Shown here: piece after piece, positions 31,342 to 34,037 of the stretch
Layout of the letters: every line of letters starts with the position of its first letter
Numbering within the stretch: position 1 is the stretch's first letter
From: Myxococcales bacterium
GTDB lineage: Bacteria; Myxococcota; UBA727; JABDBI01
NCBI GenBank assembly: GCA_023248655.1
Contig: JAHFEE010000004.1
Location: 1 to 34,037, forward strand
Length of the DNA: 34,037 nucleotides
Direction: 5' to 3'
Program-made: the position numbers and the translations under genes
The notes under the pieces: generated by a model
What the model saw: the letters and a program-made list of their open reading frames with translations, nothing else
Database searches by the model: none
Told to the model about the DNA's origin: nothing

Positions 31342-33732
31342 TTATTCCAATGAATCGATCGACGCCAGTGGTTCAGTTCCTGTGATAAATACTTCTAATG
31401 TAGGTTGCTTTTCATCCGTATTATTAAGATCAACAGAATTTAAGGTTGGTGATAAATTTAAAACTTCATCTTCTTCAAATTCTCTCTCGTCTTCAATATC
31501 GTCAAAATTTCTAATTCTATTGTGCATAAGATCTCCAGTTTTCAAATTAATCAAACGTCGTACAACATCTTGAGGTTGCATAAATTCACGTGCAGGCATG
31601 ACTTTCAGGGCCTTGCTCATTAAATCTTTCCATATTGGAAGAGCGACCGCCGCTCCGTATGAACCTTGTCCCAGTGTGCGATTATCATCAAATCCAATAT
31701 AAACACCAGCAACGAGACTGTGCGAAAAACCAACAAACCAAGCGCTTCGAAAATCATCAGTGGTACCAGTTTTGCCTGCAAGCGGCGCATTGCTAAATCC
31801 AGGCACTTTTCTGTCTCGACGCTTCATGCATCCACGCATTATATCAGTCATAATAAAAGCAGTTCCAGGTTTTATGACATCAAATTTTTGAACTTTTGAT
31901 TCAAACACATTCTTTTTATTTTTAGATAAAATTTTTTCAACAAGTATTGGTTTTCCAATTTTGCCAGCAGATGGAAATATTGAAAACGCGTTAACGTGCA
32001 ATAAAGGTATAACTTCTCCAGTTCCAAGCGCTAAGCTAAAATTTCTTGGCATCTTTGTTTTTTTTGTTACCTGCCCAGCTCTATTGGCTAGATTAATTAC
32101 AGATTGAACTCCTATCTCTTCTATTATTGCCAAACTGCACATATTTGAAGAATTAACCAAACATGCTCTTAGGGAAAAATTTCCATCAAATTTTCCATTA
32201 TCATTTTTCGGTCTCCAATTACGATACACTCTTTGGCGATTTTCAATTAACGTAGAAGATGTCATTATCCCCTTGTCGATTGCTGCTGCATACAAAAATG
32301 GCTTAAACGAAGATCCAGGTTGTCTTCTGGCCTTGGTTGCACGATTGAAATTTGAAGTAGCAAAATCGTATCCACCAACCATAGCAAGAACATTATTATT
32401 TTCTGGATTTATCACAACCACTGATCCATCAACTAATGGTTTTTGTTCTAGTGACAATTCTAAAATTTGATCGTTCTTTTCAATTTTAACTAATACAATA
32501 TCTCCTATTTTAATTATGTTTTTTAATTTTTTAAGTGTTTTGTGCACTTTTGTATTCAGGAAATTAGCCCAATTGATTTTCGATATCGGCAGAATGCCAT
32601 TAACTTCAGAATTTAATTCCACCACAATTTCTTTTTTTGTTTCGGAAATACTTTTTACGACTCCTTCAGTTATGGCTCCAAGTTCCAGTTTTCGATTTGA
32701 TTCCCTAATCTTTTTTGCCATATCAATAGCCTTTTGTTCGGGTAAACGAGCAATTGGGCCTCTGTAGCCTTGTTTTTTATCTAAATTTCTTAACCCTAGT
32801 TTAAGAGCTTCATTTGCGGCAATTTGAATATCCATATTCAAAGTAGTGTATATATTTAAACCATTTCTGCGTAAATTATTGGAACCAAGTTCGCTAATTA
32901 AGAATCTTCTAGTCTCGTTTATAAAATGAGGTGCCTTATTTAAATAAGGATTCAATTTTTTACTTGAAACAATTGGCTCAATTTTTGCATTATCTGCATC
33001 ATGTTGAGAAATAAAACCATGTCTTGCCATCAAACCTAAAATATAATCGCGACGCTGCTTGATTCGATTTGCATCTTTTATCGGATTGATTTTATTTGGA
33101 CTTTTAGGAATTGATGCCAAAGATGCAGCTTGAGATAAATTTAATTCATTAGCTGAAATTCCATAATAGGTCTTGGCGGCTTCTTCTATTCCATAAGCAC
33201 CATTGCCAAAATATATTTGATTTAAATACAAATCTAAAATTTTGCTTTTTGTTAAAATGTTTTCAATTTTTCTAGCTAAAATTAATTCTTTGATTTTACG
33301 TCTATAGGTTCGTTCTCTTGATAACAGAAATGTTTTAGCCGTTTGTTGGGTGATAGTGCTCCCGCCAACTCTTTGACCACCAATTAAACGGTACTTTATT
33401 TCGTACAATATCGCGCGCATAACTCCAAAATAATCTATACCTCTATGCCTATAAAATCCGGCATCCTCTGTTGCAATAAAGGCATTTTTAACATGTTCAG
33501 GAAGAGAATTTGTTGAAATCACTGTTCTTTTTTCAATAGCAAATTCCGCAATAATATTATTAGCTGAATCAAAAACGCGACTTACTTGGTATGGATAATA
33601 ATTTTTAATTAGATCAAGCTTGGGCAACTCGCTTACAATCTTTTGATAAGACTTAAATAAAAGATAAGAAATTGGCGTTAAAGTTATTGATAAGATTAAA
33701 AGGGACAATACAATTGTTTTTTTTATTTTCAC
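31342..33732 (-). CDS. mrcA: Class A penicillin-binding protein 1A
   Basis: N-terminal TM; GT motifs ED..FY.H.G, GGSTITQQ, RK.KE, YLNQIYFG; TP motifs SSFK, SSN, KTG; GTG start. Confidence 0.95.
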   Translation of the reverse strand: MKIKKTIVLSLLILSITLTPISYLLFKSYQKIVSELPKLDLIKNYYPYQVSRVFDSANNIIAEFAIEKRTVISTNSLPEHVKNAFIATEDAGFYRHRGIDYFGVMRAILYEIKYRLIGGQRVGGSTITQQTAKTFLLSRERTYRRKIKELILARKIENILTKSKILDLYLNQIYFGNGAYGIEEAAKTYYGISANELNLSQAASLASIPKSPNKINPIKDANRIKQRRDYILGLMARHGFISQHDADNAKIEPIVSSKKLNPYLNKAPHFINETRRFLISELGSNNLRRNGLNIYTTLNMDIQIAANEALKLGLRNLDKKQGYRGPIARLPEQKAIDMAKKIRESNRKLELGAITEGVVKSISETKKEIVVELNSEVNGILPISKINWANFLNTKVHKTLKKLKNIIKIGDIVLVKIEKNDQILELSLEQKPLVDGSVVVINPENNNVLAMVGGYDFATSNFNRATKARRQPGSSFKPFLYAAAIDKGIMTSSTLIENRQRVYRNWRPKNDNGKFDGNFSLRACLVNSSNMCSLAIIEEIGVQSVINLANRAGQVTKKTKMPRNFSLALGTGEVIPLLHVNAFSIFPSAGKIGKPILVEKILSKNKKNVFESKVQKFDVIKPGTAFIMTDIMRGCMKRRDRKVPGFSNAPLAGKTGTTDDFRSAWFVGFSHSLVAGVYIGFDDNRTLGQGSYGAAVALPIWKDLMSKALKVMPAREFMQPQDVVRRLINLKTGDLMHNRIRNFDDIEDEREFEEDEVLNLSPTLNSVDLNNTDEKQPTLEVFITGTEPLASIDSLE

Positions 33733-34037
33733 AAATCTAATATTAATGAAATAATAATGATATGATCAAGTACCTCAGCTCTAAAAAACGATTAATTTTA
33801 CATATCTTAAAATATCTGCATCAGTTGCAAACAAAATAACCGCACAAGTATTGTGTCTATTTTGGGGCACATTAAAGGTGGAACAGGTTTTTGAAAAGTA
33901 TGATATCGATAAGCATCTACCAATGATCGCAACGCTTATACATATATTTTGACAAAATGTTCATAGAGAATGATTTAGGAAAAATCACCTCTAAGGCAAC
34001 GTATTAGATTGATTATTTTAATAAATTTCTAGAAAAT

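Noticed and set aside
33733-34037. Gene or ncRNA at the right edge
   Set aside because: Only very short ORFs and weak AT-rich hairpins; nothing supportable without the flanking sequence.

Overview
An AT-rich (roughly 30% GC by eye), densely packed bacterial chromosome segment of housekeeping genes in translation table 11. It holds a Suf Fe-S operon (sufBCDSUT, sufT cut by the left edge), a split F1Fo ATP synthase cluster (atpF'FHAG + thioesterase + atpI/Z; atpDC separately behind murA), menB, tsaE, initiator tRNA-fMet, prmC, tatA, carD/cdnL, pyrG, mrp, infC-rpmI-rplT-pheST, an SNF2 ATPase, tsaB, clpB, an ftsB-like gene, rpsR and PBP1A. CdnL-type CarD, paired b/b' subunits and an AUC-started infC suggest a Myxococcota/deltaproteobacterial lineage; shortened proteins and scrambled gene order suggest genome reduction (both inferences). 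I see no mobile element, CRISPR array, prophage or clear new multi-gene system. The unusual signal is at gene junctions: (1) prmC and tatA diverge from one shared CATG, each ribosome-binding site lying inside the other gene; (2) tsaE reads through a promoter into tRNA-fMet and stops in its anticodon loop; (3) infC and probably both ATP synthase b genes use non-AUG starts; (4) several promoter candidates lack the -7 T in a CarD-encoding genome; (5) the carD-pyrG spacer is highly structured. All calls come from motif recognition by eye; no searches were run.
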